Assembly (NCBI RefSeq): GCF_032116555.1
Contig: NZ_CP134949.1
Span: 1,736,001 to 1,800,000 of the forward strand
Direction: 5' to 3'
Origin: Halorarum halobium
GTDB lineage: Archaea > Halobacteriota > Halobacteria > Halobacteriales > Haloferacaceae
Length of the DNA stretch: 64,000 bases
The position numbers and the translations under genes are program-made. Each line of letters opens with the position of its first letter. Position 1 is the first letter of the stretch. Positions 17,513 to 27,211 of this stretch are shown in pieces. Under the pieces are notes generated by a model. That model had not been told where the DNA came from. It did not search any database and was given only the letters and a program-made list of their open reading frames with translations.

Positions 17513-19717
17513 CTAGTCGAGTTCCCGCTCGATGACGCTCCGGAGTTCGCGTATCTCGTCGACGTCGTACTCGATTCGCTCGTCGCCGACCGTGAGCGAG
17601 AGCGTCGAGTCGCCGGTCGCGGTCCCGAGCCGTTCGACCGGCGCGAGTCCCTCGAACGCCGAGACGACAGCGTCGGCGTCGGTCGTCTCCACGACCGCGC
17701 GCCCCGGCGTCTCGTCGAACAGCGAGGGGGCGTCAGCGACGGTCGCCTCGACGCCCGCGTCCGCACCGACCAGTTCAGCGAGCGCGACCGCGAGGCCGCC
17801 GTGGCTCACGTCGTGGACCGCGAGCGTGGCTTCCCGTGTTGTGACGTCGGCCAGCGCCTCGAGGACGGCCGTCGGGTCGTCCGGCAGGGCCGGGAACCGG
17901 TCGGTCCCGCCCACCTGCGCGAGGTACTCCGAGCCGCCGAGCGCGTCGCCCGCCTCGCCGACGAGCAGCAGTTCGCCCTCGCCCGTGACCGACGCGGGCG
18001 GGGCCGAGTACTGGCCCGTCGTGCCGATCATCGCAAGCGTGGGCGTCGGCGGGATCGGGCCCGCAGCGGAGTCGTTGTACAGGGAGACGTTCCCCCCGAC
18101 GACCGGGACCGACAGCTGTGAGCACATGTCCGCCAGCCCGTCGACCGCCTCCGCGAACGCGCCGTACACCTCCGGTTTCTCCGGGTTTCCGCCGTTCAGG
18201 CAGTCGACCGCCGCGAGCGGGCTCGCCCCCTTCGCGGTGAGGTTCGTGGCGTTTTCGAGCGCGACCGCCCGTGCGCCCTCGTACGGGGCCGCGTCGGTCC
18301 AGCGCGGCTCCGCGCCCGCCGAGAGCGCGACGCCTACGTCCGCCTCGCGGACGGCGATCACGGCCGCGTCGTCGCCCGGTCCGACGGCGGTTCGGGTCCC
18401 GACCTCGTGGTCGTACTGGCGGTACACCCAGCGCTTGCTCGCCGTGCTCGGGGTTCCGACGACCGCCTCGAACGCGTCGGCGAGGTCGCTCGTCGGGAGG
18501 TCCCGATCCGGCTGGCTCGGCTCCGCTCGCGGGAGGTCGTTCATCGGCGCGCCGTCGGCGAGGTACTCGGCGGGAACGTCGACGACCGTCTCGCGGTCAC
18601 CGTCCGGACCGTCCGAGGCGCTCCGTGCCCCGCTCCCGGCGAACGTGCAGACGTAGTTCCCGTCGGTCACCTCCCCGATGACCGAGCAGCCGAGGTCGAA
18701 CCGGTCGGCGATCTCGCGGACGCGGTCGACGTCGCCGGGGCGAACCTCATAGCACATCCGCTCCTGGGACTCGGCGAGCAGGATCTCGAGCGCATTCATG
18801 TTCGGCTCCCGCTGGTGAACGGCGTCGAGGTCGATCCGGGCGCCGAGTTCACCCTTCGCCACCAGTTCCGAGGAGGCACCGCCCAGCCCGGCGGCACCGA
18901 GGTCGCGCGCGGAGACGAGCAGGCGCTCGTCGAGGAACGCCTCGTTCGCCTCGATGAGCCGCTTTTCGGCGTATGGATCGCCGACCTGCACCGCGGGTCG
19001 GTCCTCCGTCTCCGCGTCCTCCGCGAGGTCCTCGGAGGCGAACGACGCGCCGCCGAGGCCGTCCCTGCCGGTACCGTTGCCGACGAGGACGAGCTTGTTG
19101 CCAGGTTCCTGCGCCACCGCCGTCACGAGTCGGTCCGCGGAGGTGAGTCCGAGGCAGGCGACGTTGACGAGCGGGTTGCCCTCGTACCCCTCGTGGAAGG
19201 CGACGGAGCCGCCCACGGTCGGCACGCCGATGCAGTTGCCGTAGTGGCTGATTCCCTCGACGACGCCCTCGAACAGATAGCGGGAGTGCTCCCGGTCGAA
19301 CGGGCCGAAGTAGAGCGAGTCGGTCAGCGCGATGGGGTACGCGCCCATGCTCATCGTGTCGCGCACGATGCCGCCGACGCCCGTGGCCGCGCCGTCGAAC
19401 GGGTCGACGTAGGAGGGGTGGTTGTGGCTCTCGATGCCCAGCGTGACGTAGGTGTCCCCGTCAGTCGCGTCGCTGGCGGCATCGTCGTCGGCCGCCGTGT
19501 CGGCGTCGGGCGACGGCAGCGCGACGACCGCGGCGTCGTCGCCCGGGCCGACGACGACCTGCTCGCCCTCGCTCTCGAACGCGCCGAGCAGGGGGCGCGA
19601 GGAGCGGTACGCGCAGTGTTCGCTCCAGAGGTTCTCGAACAGCGCTGCCTCCGCAGGCGTGGGGTCGCGGCCGAGTTCCGCGGTCACGAGTTCGCGGTCC
19701 GCGTCGGGGAGACTCAT
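17513..19717 (-). CDS. purL: Phosphoribosylformylglycinamidine synthase subunit PurL
   Basis: [45 protein letters not shown]. Confidence 0.97.
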   Translation of the reverse strand: MSLPDADRELVTAELGRDPTPAEAALFENLWSEHCAYRSSRPLLGAFESEGEQVVVGPGDDAAVVALPSPDADTAADDDAASDATDGDTYVTLGIESHNHPSYVDPFDGAATGVGGIVRDTMSMGAYPIALTDSLYFGPFDREHSRYLFEGVVEGISHYGNCIGVPTVGGSVAFHEGYEGNPLVNVACLGLTSADRLVTAVAQEPGNKLVLVGNGTGRDGLGGASFASEDLAEDAETEDRPAVQVGDPYAEKRLIEANEAFLDERLLVSARDLGAAGLGGASSELVAKGELGARIDLDAVHQREPNMNALEILLAESQERMCYEVRPGDVDRVREIADRFDLGCSVIGEVTDGNYVCTFAGSGARSASDGPDGDRETVVDVPAEYLADGAPMNDLPRAEPSQPDRDLPTSDLADAFEAVVGTPSTASKRWVYRQYDHEVGTRTAVGPGDDAAVIAVREADVGVALSAGAEPRWTDAAPYEGARAVALENATNLTAKGASPLAAVDCLNGGNPEKPEVYGAFAEAVDGLADMCSQLSVPVVGGNVSLYNDSAAGPIPPTPTLAMIGTTGQYSAPPASVTGEGELLLVGEAGDALGGSEYLAQVGGTDRFPALPDDPTAVLEALADVTTREATLAVHDVSHGGLAVALAELVGADAGVEATVADAPSLFDETPGRAVVETTDADAVVSAFEGLAPVERLGTATGDSTLSLTVGDERIEYDVDEIRELRSVIERELD

Positions 19718-19834
19718 CCACATGTACGGCTACCCTCGGCGGTCAAATGGCTTTTCATGTGCACGGACGTGCCCATTCGTCGCCGGAACGGTCGGACCGC
19801 GTATCTTTTTTACCGGCCGCCACAAGCGCCGGAC

Positions 19835-20518
19835 GTGCTATCGGTCGAGCTGCACTGTCACTCGGAGCTCTCACACGACGGGCGCGACCCCGTCGACATG
19901 CTGCTCGAACAGGCGGCCGCCGTCGGGATGGACGCGCTGGCCGTCACGGACCACGACGAACTCGACGCGAGCCTGGAGGCCGCCGACCGGGCCGACGAGT
20001 ACGGCCTCGTCGGCATCACCGGGATGGAGGTCACGAGCGCCGCCGGCCACGTGCTCGCGCTCGGCATCGAGGAGCCGATCCCGGCCGGGCTCCCGTTCGA
20101 CGACACGCTCGACCGCATCGCGGACCAGGGCGGGCTCTCGGTCATCCCGCACCCGTTCCAGAAGTCCAGACACGGCGTCGAGCCGCACGTCACCGACGAA
20201 CAGCTCGCCCGCGCCGACGCCATCGAGGTGTACAACTCCCGGCTGCTCACCGGCCGCGCGAACCGGAAGGCCGAGGCGTTCGCGCTCGACCACGGCGTGC
20301 CGATGACCGCCGGCAGCGACGCCCACATCGCGGAGATGGTCGGCCAGGCCGTCACCGAGGTCGGGGCCGACGACCGGACGCAAACGGCCGTGCTGGACGC
20401 GATCCGCGAGGGTCGGACCAGCGTCGTCGGCCAGCGAACGCCCTGGCACATCTCCTTCCGGCAGGCCGCCGGCGGGGCGAAGCGCCGCGTCCGGCGACGG
20501 ATGGCCCAGTTCCTCTGA
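19835..20518 (+). CDS. PHP-domain phosphoesterase
   Basis: ELHCHS..SHDG, VTDHD, GHVL, PHP, GSDAH motifs; GTG start. Confidence 0.9.
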   Translation: MLSVELHCHSELSHDGRDPVDMLLEQAAAVGMDALAVTDHDELDASLEAADRADEYGLVGITGMEVTSAAGHVLALGIEEPIPAGLPFDDTLDRIADQGGLSVIPHPFQKSRHGVEPHVTDEQLARADAIEVYNSRLLTGRANRKAEAFALDHGVPMTAGSDAHIAEMVGQAVTEVGADDRTQTAVLDAIREGRTSVVGQRTPWHISFRQAAGGAKRRVRRRMAQFL

Positions 20519-20519
20519 C

Positions 20520-21602
20520 GTGACGCGGATCGACGGCGCTCCGGCGGAACTGGTCCGCGACGCGCTCGCCGACGGCGACCCGCTCCCGGGCGGGACGGGC
20601 TTTGCCGGCGAACTCGACGGCGCGCTCGTCCGGGACGTGCTCGGCCGCCGGCCGGTGTTTTCCGAAGCCGACGAGCCGGGAGCCTGGAGCTTCGACCCGA
20701 CGACGCTTCGGGCGCCGACCCCGGTTCCCGCGGGCCACGTGCGGACGGAGGACGGCGACCGGCGAGTCTGGACGCTTCCGGACCCGGAGCCGACGGCCGG
20801 CCTCGAGGCGCAGCGGTCCGTCACCGACGCTGTCGTGGACTCCGCCACTGCGGTCGATCCGGACGGGCTCGCGGTGGCGTTCTCCGGCGGCGTCGACTCC
20901 GCGCTCGTGGCCGCCGGGGTTCCGGACGCGCCGCTGTACGTCGCGGGGTTCGAGGGGAGCCACGACGTCGCCGCCGCCCGGGACGCCGCCGACGAGACGG
21001 GCCGGGAGCTCACCGTGGTCGAACTGTCCCACGACGACCTTCGACGCGTCGTCCCCGAGATCGTCGCGGCGACGGGTCGGAGCAACCCGATGGACGTGGG
21101 GATCGCGCTCCCGCTGTACCTCGTCGCCGAGCGCGCGGCCGCGGACGGTCACGGTCGGCTCGCGGTCGGGCAGGGCGCGGACGAACTGTTCGGCGGCTAC
21201 GCGAAGGTGGTCTCGCCCGGCTCCGACCACCGGGTCGAGGCCGACACGGTCCGGGGCGCGCGCCGCGAGACGGTGCTCACGCTCCCCGATCAGTTAGAAC
21301 GCGACGTGCTCGCGCTCCGGGCCGCGGGGGTCGAGCCCGTCGCGCCGTTCCTCCGGGACTCGGTCGTCGAGGCGGCGCTTCGGCTTCCCGGCGACCGGAT
21401 CGCCACGGGGGACGAACGGAAGGTCGCGCTCCGGGCGGCCGCGACGGATCTGGTCCCCGAGTCGGTACGGACCGCGGACAAGAAGGCCGTCCAGTACGGG
21501 ACGTACGTCTCCCGGGAACTCGACCGGCTCGCCCGTCGGGCCGGGTTCAAGCGACGGATGGAGAACCACGTCGGGCGGTACATCGAGTCGCTGCTGGAGT
21601 GA
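20520..21602 (+). CDS. Asparagine synthase C-terminal-domain protein (degenerate glutaminase domain)
   Basis: RDVLGRRP, AFSGGVDS, GQGADELFGGY, RKVALR, KKAVQYG. Confidence 0.85.
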   Translation: MTRIDGAPAELVRDALADGDPLPGGTGFAGELDGALVRDVLGRRPVFSEADEPGAWSFDPTTLRAPTPVPAGHVRTEDGDRRVWTLPDPEPTAGLEAQRSVTDAVVDSATAVDPDGLAVAFSGGVDSALVAAGVPDAPLYVAGFEGSHDVAAARDAADETGRELTVVELSHDDLRRVVPEIVAATGRSNPMDVGIALPLYLVAERAAADGHGRLAVGQGADELFGGYAKVVSPGSDHRVEADTVRGARRETVLTLPDQLERDVLALRAAGVEPVAPFLRDSVVEAALRLPGDRIATGDERKVALRAAATDLVPESVRTADKKAVQYGTYVSRELDRLARRAGFKRRMENHVGRYIESLLE

Positions 21603-21648
21603 GTAGCCAGAACAAGGGGGAGTCACGGCCACCCCGTCGGAGCCGCGT

Positions 21649-22632
21649 TCAGCGGAAGTCGGCCCGCCCCTCGGCCTCCAGCAGTTCGTGGTACCGGTTT
21701 CGGATGGTGACCTCCGAGATGTTCGCGACCTCGCTCACCTCGCCCTGTGTCACCTTCTCGTTCGTGAGCAGCGACGCGGCGTACACGGCCGCGGCGGCGA
21801 GCCCGACCGGCGACTTGCCCGAGTGGATGCCAGCTTCCTTCGCGCTCTGGAGCAGGGTTCGGGCGCGGCGCTCCGCCTCGTCCGAGAGCCCGAGATCGGA
21901 GGCGAACCGGGGGACGTAGCTCTCGGGGTCGGCCGGCTGGATCTCCAGTTTCAGCTCCCGGACGACGTAGCGGTAGGTGCGGGCGACCTCGTCCTTCTCG
22001 ACGCGGGAAACGTTCGAGATCTCGTCGAGCGAGCGGGGGGTGCCGGCCTGGCGGGCGGCAGCGTAGAGGCTCGCGGTGGCGACGCCCTCGATCGACCGGC
22101 CGGGCAGGAGGTCGTCCGCGAGCGCGCGCCGGTAGATGACCGACGCCGTCTCGCGGACGTTCTCGGGCAGGCCGAGCGCGCTGGCCATCCGGTCGATCTC
22201 CCCCAGCGCCTGTTTGAGGTTCCGCTCCTTCGAATCCCGCGTCCGGAACCGCTCGTTCCACGTGCGCAGTCGCTGCATCTTCTCCCGCTGGCGACCCGAG
22301 AGCTGGTTGCCGTAGGCGTCCTTGTCCTGCCAGCCGATGTTCGTCGAGAGCCCCTTGTCGTGCATCATGTTCGTCGTCGGCGCGCCCACGCGGCTCTTCT
22401 CGTCCTTCTCGGCCGAGTCGAACGCACGCCACTCGGGCCCGCGGTCGATCTCGTCCTCCTCGACCACCAGCCCACAGTCCCGGCACACCGTCTCGCCCCG
22501 TTCGGAGTCGGCGACGAGGTCGCCGCCGCACTCGGGACACTGGAGGTCTTCACGCTCCCGTTCTGATTCGAGCTCGTCGGCCTCTCGCTGCTCGGAACGC
22601 TCGTCCGTGTAGTCGCGGACGTTTTCACTCAT
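21649..22632 (-). CDS. tfb: Transcription initiation factor IIB (TFB)
   Basis: Zn ribbon CPEC..C..CG, GPEWRAF, HDKGLST, two cyclin repeats. Confidence 0.97.
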   Translation of the reverse strand: MSENVRDYTDERSEQREADELESEREREDLQCPECGGDLVADSERGETVCRDCGLVVEEDEIDRGPEWRAFDSAEKDEKSRVGAPTTNMMHDKGLSTNIGWQDKDAYGNQLSGRQREKMQRLRTWNERFRTRDSKERNLKQALGEIDRMASALGLPENVRETASVIYRRALADDLLPGRSIEGVATASLYAAARQAGTPRSLDEISNVSRVEKDEVARTYRYVVRELKLEIQPADPESYVPRFASDLGLSDEAERRARTLLQSAKEAGIHSGKSPVGLAAAAVYAASLLTNEKVTQGEVSEVANISEVTIRNRYHELLEAEGRADFR

Positions 22633-22837
22633 TATCTGGTGGGGTGGGACCGGGGAGATGGCTCTCCGAGTTGTTCAACGTAATATACTATTGGGCGTGA
22701 AGCGGGTTAAACGTGGTGGCGACGTACGGGCGTGTAGCGACCCGAACGCGCCCCGAGGATCCGGTTCGAGCGCCGAGTCGGGCGAGGGAGTACGTGCTAT
22801 CGAAACCCTTACTCCCGGTCCGGGCCAGCCATCGACC

Positions 22838-23149
22838 ATGACTGACACCTCCGACGCGGACGGGACCGCCGGCGCCGGGGACGGCGTCGACTCCGCCGAG
22901 GTCCGCCACGTGGCCGAACTCGCCAGGGTGGACCTGAGCGACGAGGAGGCCGCGTCGTTCGCGGCGCAGTTCTCGGACGTGCTCTCGTACTTCGAGGCGC
23001 TCGACGAGGTTCCTGCCGTCGAGGACGAACCGGAGCTCGTCAACGTGATGCGAACCGACGAGGCCCGCGAGGGACTCGACCAGGAGGCGGCGCTCTCGAA
23101 CGCTCCCGAGTCGGAGGAAGGGTTCTTCAAGGGGCCGCGGGTGTCGTAG
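22838..23149 (+). CDS. gatC: Asp/Glu-tRNA amidotransferase subunit C
   Basis: EVRHVAELARVDL and ALSNAPESEEGFFKGPRV; abuts gatA. Confidence 0.93.
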   Translation: MTDTSDADGTAGAGDGVDSAEVRHVAELARVDLSDEEAASFAAQFSDVLSYFEALDEVPAVEDEPELVNVMRTDEAREGLDQEAALSNAPESEEGFFKGPRVS

Positions 23150-24421
23150 ATGACCGACTACAACGCCATCGTCACCGAGGCGACCATCGAGGGAGCCGAC
23201 GAGGGCCCGCTGGCCGAGAAAACCATCGCCGTCAAGGACAACATCTCGACGGAGGGCGTCCGGACGACGTGCGGATCCGCGATGCTCGAGGGGTACGTGC
23301 CGCCCTACGACGCGACGGTCGTCGAGCGCGTGCGGGACGCCGGCGCCACCGTCGTCGGCAAGGCGAACATGGACGAGTTCGGGATGGGCGGCACGACCGA
23401 GACGTCCGCCTGGGGCGCGACGAAGAACCCGGTCGACCCGGAGCGGGTCCCCGGCGGTTCCTCGGGCGGGTCAGCGGCGGCGGTCGCTGCCGGCCGGGCT
23501 GACCTCGCGCTCGGCTCCGACACCGGCGGCTCGGTCCGGAACCCCGCGGCGTTCTGTGGCGTCGTCGGCATCAAGCCGACGTACGGGCTGGTCTCGCGCT
23601 ACGGCCTCGTCGCCTACGCGAACTCGCTCGAACAGATCGGTCCGCTCGCGCCGACGGTCGAGGAGGCCGCGGAGCTGTTGAGCGTCATCGCCGGCCCGGA
23701 CGAGAACGACGGGACGACGAGGGACGCGGGCGCGGACGCCGACTACGCGGCGGCCGCCGACGGCGACGTCGACGGCCTCACGGTCGGCGTCCCGACGGAA
23801 CTGGTCGAGGGTGCCCACGGGGCGGTCGTGACCGTGTTCGAGTCTGCGCTCGCGGACCTCGAATCGCGGGGCGTCGACACCGTCGAGGTGTCCCTGCCGT
23901 CGGTCGACCACGCGGTCCAGGCGTACTACGTCATCGCCATGTCGGAGGCGTCCTCGAACCTCGCGCGGTTCGACGGGGTTCGGTACGGCGTTTCCGGCGG
24001 CGAGGGCGACTGGAACGAGTCGTTCGCCCGCGCCCGCGAGGACGGATTCGGCCCCGAGGTGAAACGTCGGATCCTGCTGGGCACGTACGCGCTCTCCGCC
24101 GGCTATCACGACAAGTACTACAAGAAGGCGCAGGACGCCCGCGCCTGGGTGAAACGGGACTTCGACGAGGCGCTCGCGGAGGCCGACGTGCTCGCGACCC
24201 CGACGATGCCAGTCCTTCCCCCGAAACGCGGCGAGAGCCTCGAGGACCCGCTCTCGCTCTACCTGATGGACGCCAACACCGTCCCCGTCAACCTCGCGAA
24301 CCTCCCGGCGATCTCCGTTCCCGCCGGCGAGGCCGACGGGCTCCCGGTGGGCATGCAGTTCGTCGGACCGAAGTTCGGCGAGGAGACGATCGTGCGGGCG
24401 GCGAGCGCGGTCGAGGAATAA
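23150..24421 (+). CDS. gatA: Asp/Glu-tRNA amidotransferase subunit A
   Basis: Amidase signature GGSSGGS, GSDTGGSVRNPA, SSNLARFDG, EVKRRILLG. Confidence 0.96.
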   Translation: MTDYNAIVTEATIEGADEGPLAEKTIAVKDNISTEGVRTTCGSAMLEGYVPPYDATVVERVRDAGATVVGKANMDEFGMGGTTETSAWGATKNPVDPERVPGGSSGGSAAAVAAGRADLALGSDTGGSVRNPAAFCGVVGIKPTYGLVSRYGLVAYANSLEQIGPLAPTVEEAAELLSVIAGPDENDGTTRDAGADADYAAAADGDVDGLTVGVPTELVEGAHGAVVTVFESALADLESRGVDTVEVSLPSVDHAVQAYYVIAMSEASSNLARFDGVRYGVSGGEGDWNESFARAREDGFGPEVKRRILLGTYALSAGYHDKYYKKAQDARAWVKRDFDEALAEADVLATPTMPVLPPKRGESLEDPLSLYLMDANTVPVNLANLPAISVPAGEADGLPVGMQFVGPKFGEETIVRAASAVEE

Positions 24422-24517
24422 GAGCCGACCGGCCAGTTCGACGCCATATGTCGGGCGATTTCCGGCTTCGTGATCGGAACGATGGCTTTTCGGAGTCCCC
24501 TCGTTCAGTCCGAGGAC

Positions 24518-25231
24518 ATGTACGTGGTCATCGTCGGTGCCGGCAACATCGGCACGCCGCTCATCGAACTCGCGGTCGACGGCGGGAACGAGGTCGTCGT
24601 CGTCGAACGGGACCAGGAAAAGGCGGAGGCCGCCGCCGCCGAGTTCGACTGTCTGGTCATCAACGACGACGCGACGACGCGGGACGTCCTCGAGGACGCG
24701 GGCGCGGAGCGTGCCGATGCGCTGGTCTCCACGACCGACCACGACGCTACGAACATCATGGTGTGCCTGCTCGGGAAGGAACTCGAGGTGCCCGAGATCG
24801 TCTCGGTCGTCCACGACGAACGACACATGGCGCTGTTCCGTCGGATCGGCGTGAACACCATGGAGAACCCGCAGCGACTCATCGCGGAGTACCTCTACCG
24901 GGCGGTCAAGCGTCCCTCCATCGTCGACTACATGCGGGTCGGACAGGAGGCCGAGGTGTTCGAGATCCGCGTGGCCGAGGACGCTCCGATCGCGGGCGAA
25001 ACGATGGAGGAGGCCCGGGACGCCGGCCACATCACGGACGACATGCTCGTCGTCGCCATCGAGCGCGACGGCGGTGCAGATCCCATCACCCCCCGGGGAG
25101 GAACGAGGGCGCTTCCCGGCGACCTCTGTACGGTGTTCTCCGGACGGGGAGCCACCCCGGAGGTGACGGACGTGTTCGGCCACTTCGAGGCGAACGCCGA
25201 TCGTGGCCCCAACGGCGGCGGGGCGACGTGA
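24518..25231 (+). CDS. trkA: Trk/Ktr potassium-uptake NAD-binding subunit (short, one RCK-N/RCK-C pair)
   Basis: VIVGAGNIG, DAGAERAD; TrkA-C domain; directly upstream of a trkH. Confidence 0.9.
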   Translation: MYVVIVGAGNIGTPLIELAVDGGNEVVVVERDQEKAEAAAAEFDCLVINDDATTRDVLEDAGAERADALVSTTDHDATNIMVCLLGKELEVPEIVSVVHDERHMALFRRIGVNTMENPQRLIAEYLYRAVKRPSIVDYMRVGQEAEVFEIRVAEDAPIAGETMEEARDAGHITDDMLVVAIERDGGADPITPRGGTRALPGDLCTVFSGRGATPEVTDVFGHFEANADRGPNGGGAT

Positions 25232-25232
25232 G

Positions 25233-26885
25233 ATGAGTCGCCGTCGGACGGTCGCGGGAGTGCCGGCGGACCTCGCGATCGTCGCCAGGGACGTGGGCTC
25301 GCTGCTGGTGATGCAGGCGACGATGATGACGGTCACCGTCGTCCTGGCGCTCGCGTTCCGCGAGTTCTACCAGGCGTTCGCGTTCCTGCTGGCCGGCGGA
25401 CTGACGGTCACCGTCGGGTTCGGGGCGCGCATGACCTTCGCCGACGCCCCGGCACCGCGGATGAAACACGGCATGGTCATCGCCGCCACGGGGTGGTTCT
25501 GTACGGCCCTGTTCGGCGCGCTCCCGTTCCTGCTTTCGGCGTTCGTCACGCCGTCGGCCGTCGCCGCGTCGTTCGTTCCCCAGGGGGCCCAGTACGCGGA
25601 GTCGAGCCTCCGCTACTTTCGAGACCCGCTCCACGCGCTGTTCGAGTCGATGTCGGGGTGGACGGGGTCCGGCCTCACGATGGCAATCCACGAACCGTCG
25701 CTCCCGCGGACGCTGCTCTGGTGGCGGTCGTTCATCCAGTGGGTCGGCGGCGTGGGCGTCATCGTCCTCACGGTGTCCGTCCTCGCTCGACCGGGGAGCG
25801 GGAGCTACGCGCTCTACAGGAGCGAGGCCCGCGAGAAGCGGATCCACCCGAGCATCATCTCGACCGTCAGGACGCTCTGGAAGATATTCCTCGGGTACAC
25901 GTTCGTCTCGGTCCTCGCCCTGTTCGTCGCCATCAGGACGAGCGACTACGGCTCGTCGCTCCCCCTCGTCGAGGCGGCATGGCAGGCGCTCAACCACGCC
26001 ATGACCGGGCTCTCCACCGGCGGCTTCTCCGTCACGGACGACTCCATCGCCACGTACGACTCCCCGCTCATCGAGGCCGTCCTGCTGCCGGTGATGACGG
26101 TCGGTGCAATCGCGTTTCCGGTCCACTACGGCGTCCTCCGGAACCGGGACCTCACCCGCCTGGCCGACGACCTACAGACTCGCTGGCTGTTCCTCCTGCT
26201 CGGAGCGGGATCGGCGCTCCTCGTCGCTCAAAACGTCTCGGCGCTCGAGTACGCGAGCGGGGCGTTCGGCGCGACCGACTGGCTCGGCATCGGGTCGCTG
26301 ATCGGCCCGACCGCCGCGGACGCTGCCAGGGACAGCGCGTTCCAGTTCGTCAGCGCGCTCACCTGTACGGGGTTCCAGTCGTCTTCGATCGGCGAGTGGA
26401 GCGCTGGCGGCAAGCTCGTCGTCTCCTGTGCGATGGTCGTCGGCGGCGCGGCGGGGTCGACGGTCGGCGGCATCAAGATCATCCGCGCGTACACAATCGG
26501 CCGCGGCATCGTCTGGCAGTTCGGGCGCGTGTTCCTCCCCGCGAACGCGGTGGTCACCGCCGACATCGGTGACCGGACCCTCGACCGGAACGAGATGAAC
26601 CGCGAGTTCGCCGAGGCGGCCATCGTCTCGCTCCTCTGGGTGATTCTGCTCGTCGTCTCGTCGTTCGTCCTGACGAACGTCGTTGGCCCCTCCTTCGGCT
26701 ACGAGGACGCGCTGTTTGAGGTCGCCTCCGCGCAGGGGAACGTCGGCCTCTCGACGGGTATCACCGGTCCGGCGATGCCACCGCTCGCCGAAGCCATGTT
26801 CCTGTTGAACATGTGGGTCGGTCGCCTGGAGATCATCCCGGTGCTCGTGTTCGGGCGCTCGCTACTGTTCGGGATGGACCCGTAA
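25233..26885 (+). CDS. trkH: Trk potassium-uptake membrane subunit
   Basis: Pore motifs FESMSGWTGSG, STGGF, TCTGF, GGAAGSTVGGIK, SAQGNVG, GRLEI. Confidence 0.92.
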   Translation: MSRRRTVAGVPADLAIVARDVGSLLVMQATMMTVTVVLALAFREFYQAFAFLLAGGLTVTVGFGARMTFADAPAPRMKHGMVIAATGWFCTALFGALPFLLSAFVTPSAVAASFVPQGAQYAESSLRYFRDPLHALFESMSGWTGSGLTMAIHEPSLPRTLLWWRSFIQWVGGVGVIVLTVSVLARPGSGSYALYRSEAREKRIHPSIISTVRTLWKIFLGYTFVSVLALFVAIRTSDYGSSLPLVEAAWQALNHAMTGLSTGGFSVTDDSIATYDSPLIEAVLLPVMTVGAIAFPVHYGVLRNRDLTRLADDLQTRWLFLLLGAGSALLVAQNVSALEYASGAFGATDWLGIGSLIGPTAADAARDSAFQFVSALTCTGFQSSSIGEWSAGGKLVVSCAMVVGGAAGSTVGGIKIIRAYTIGRGIVWQFGRVFLPANAVVTADIGDRTLDRNEMNREFAEAAIVSLLWVILLVVSSFVLTNVVGPSFGYEDALFEVASAQGNVGLSTGITGPAMPPLAEAMFLLNMWVGRLEIIPVLVFGRSLLFGMDP

Positions 26886-26889
26886 CCCG

Positions 26890-27079
26890 AACTGACTGGA
26901 CGGTTTCACATCACTTATGTACTCCCGCTACCCGAAGTGAGAATAGTGTATAGAGAGTCGTTATTCGGTGTTTTCTGACTACATCCAGTTCGAGCGAAGT
27001 TTTCAATTTCATTCACCGTTCGAATTTACAGGAACATTTAGGTAAATATTCATCGCAATCGCACCGGGAATGAAACGTC
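26890..27079 (+). promoter_or_regulatory. AT-rich putative promoter region of the small peptide gene
   Basis: Markedly lower GC than the flanks; A/T-rich tttaggtaaatatt about 30-45 nt upstream of ATG 27080. Confidence 0.5.
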
Positions 27080-27211
27080 ATGTCCGACAACCCGGTCAAG
27101 ACGTACCTCGCACAGCACCCGAAAGCCTGCGGCGCAGTGTTCATGATGACGATGCTGCTCGCCAGCGCCGGTAACGGCGCGGCGACCGCGGCGGCGATCA
27201 ACGGTCCGTAA
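27080..27211 (+). CDS. 43-aa signal-peptide-like small protein MSDNPVKTYLAQHPKACGAVFMMTMLLASAGNGAATAAAINGP
   Basis: Translated by hand (ATG 27080, TAA 27209-27211); GC-rich third codon positions; hydrophobic core; resembles a recalled family of short haloarchaeal YL..HP.....LF...LLL...GP peptides. Confidence 0.75.
   Translation: MSDNPVKTYLAQHPKACGAVFMMTMLLASAGNGAATAAAINGP

Noticed and set aside
18407..20518. 703-aa ORF
   Set aside because: The N-terminal part is antisense to purL; the real PHP gene starts at GTG 19835
27013..27201. 62-aa minus-strand ORF over the peptide gene
   Set aside because: Runs into AT-rich non-coding DNA with atypical codons; the plus-strand 43-aa frame has better codon usage and a coherent signal-peptide layout
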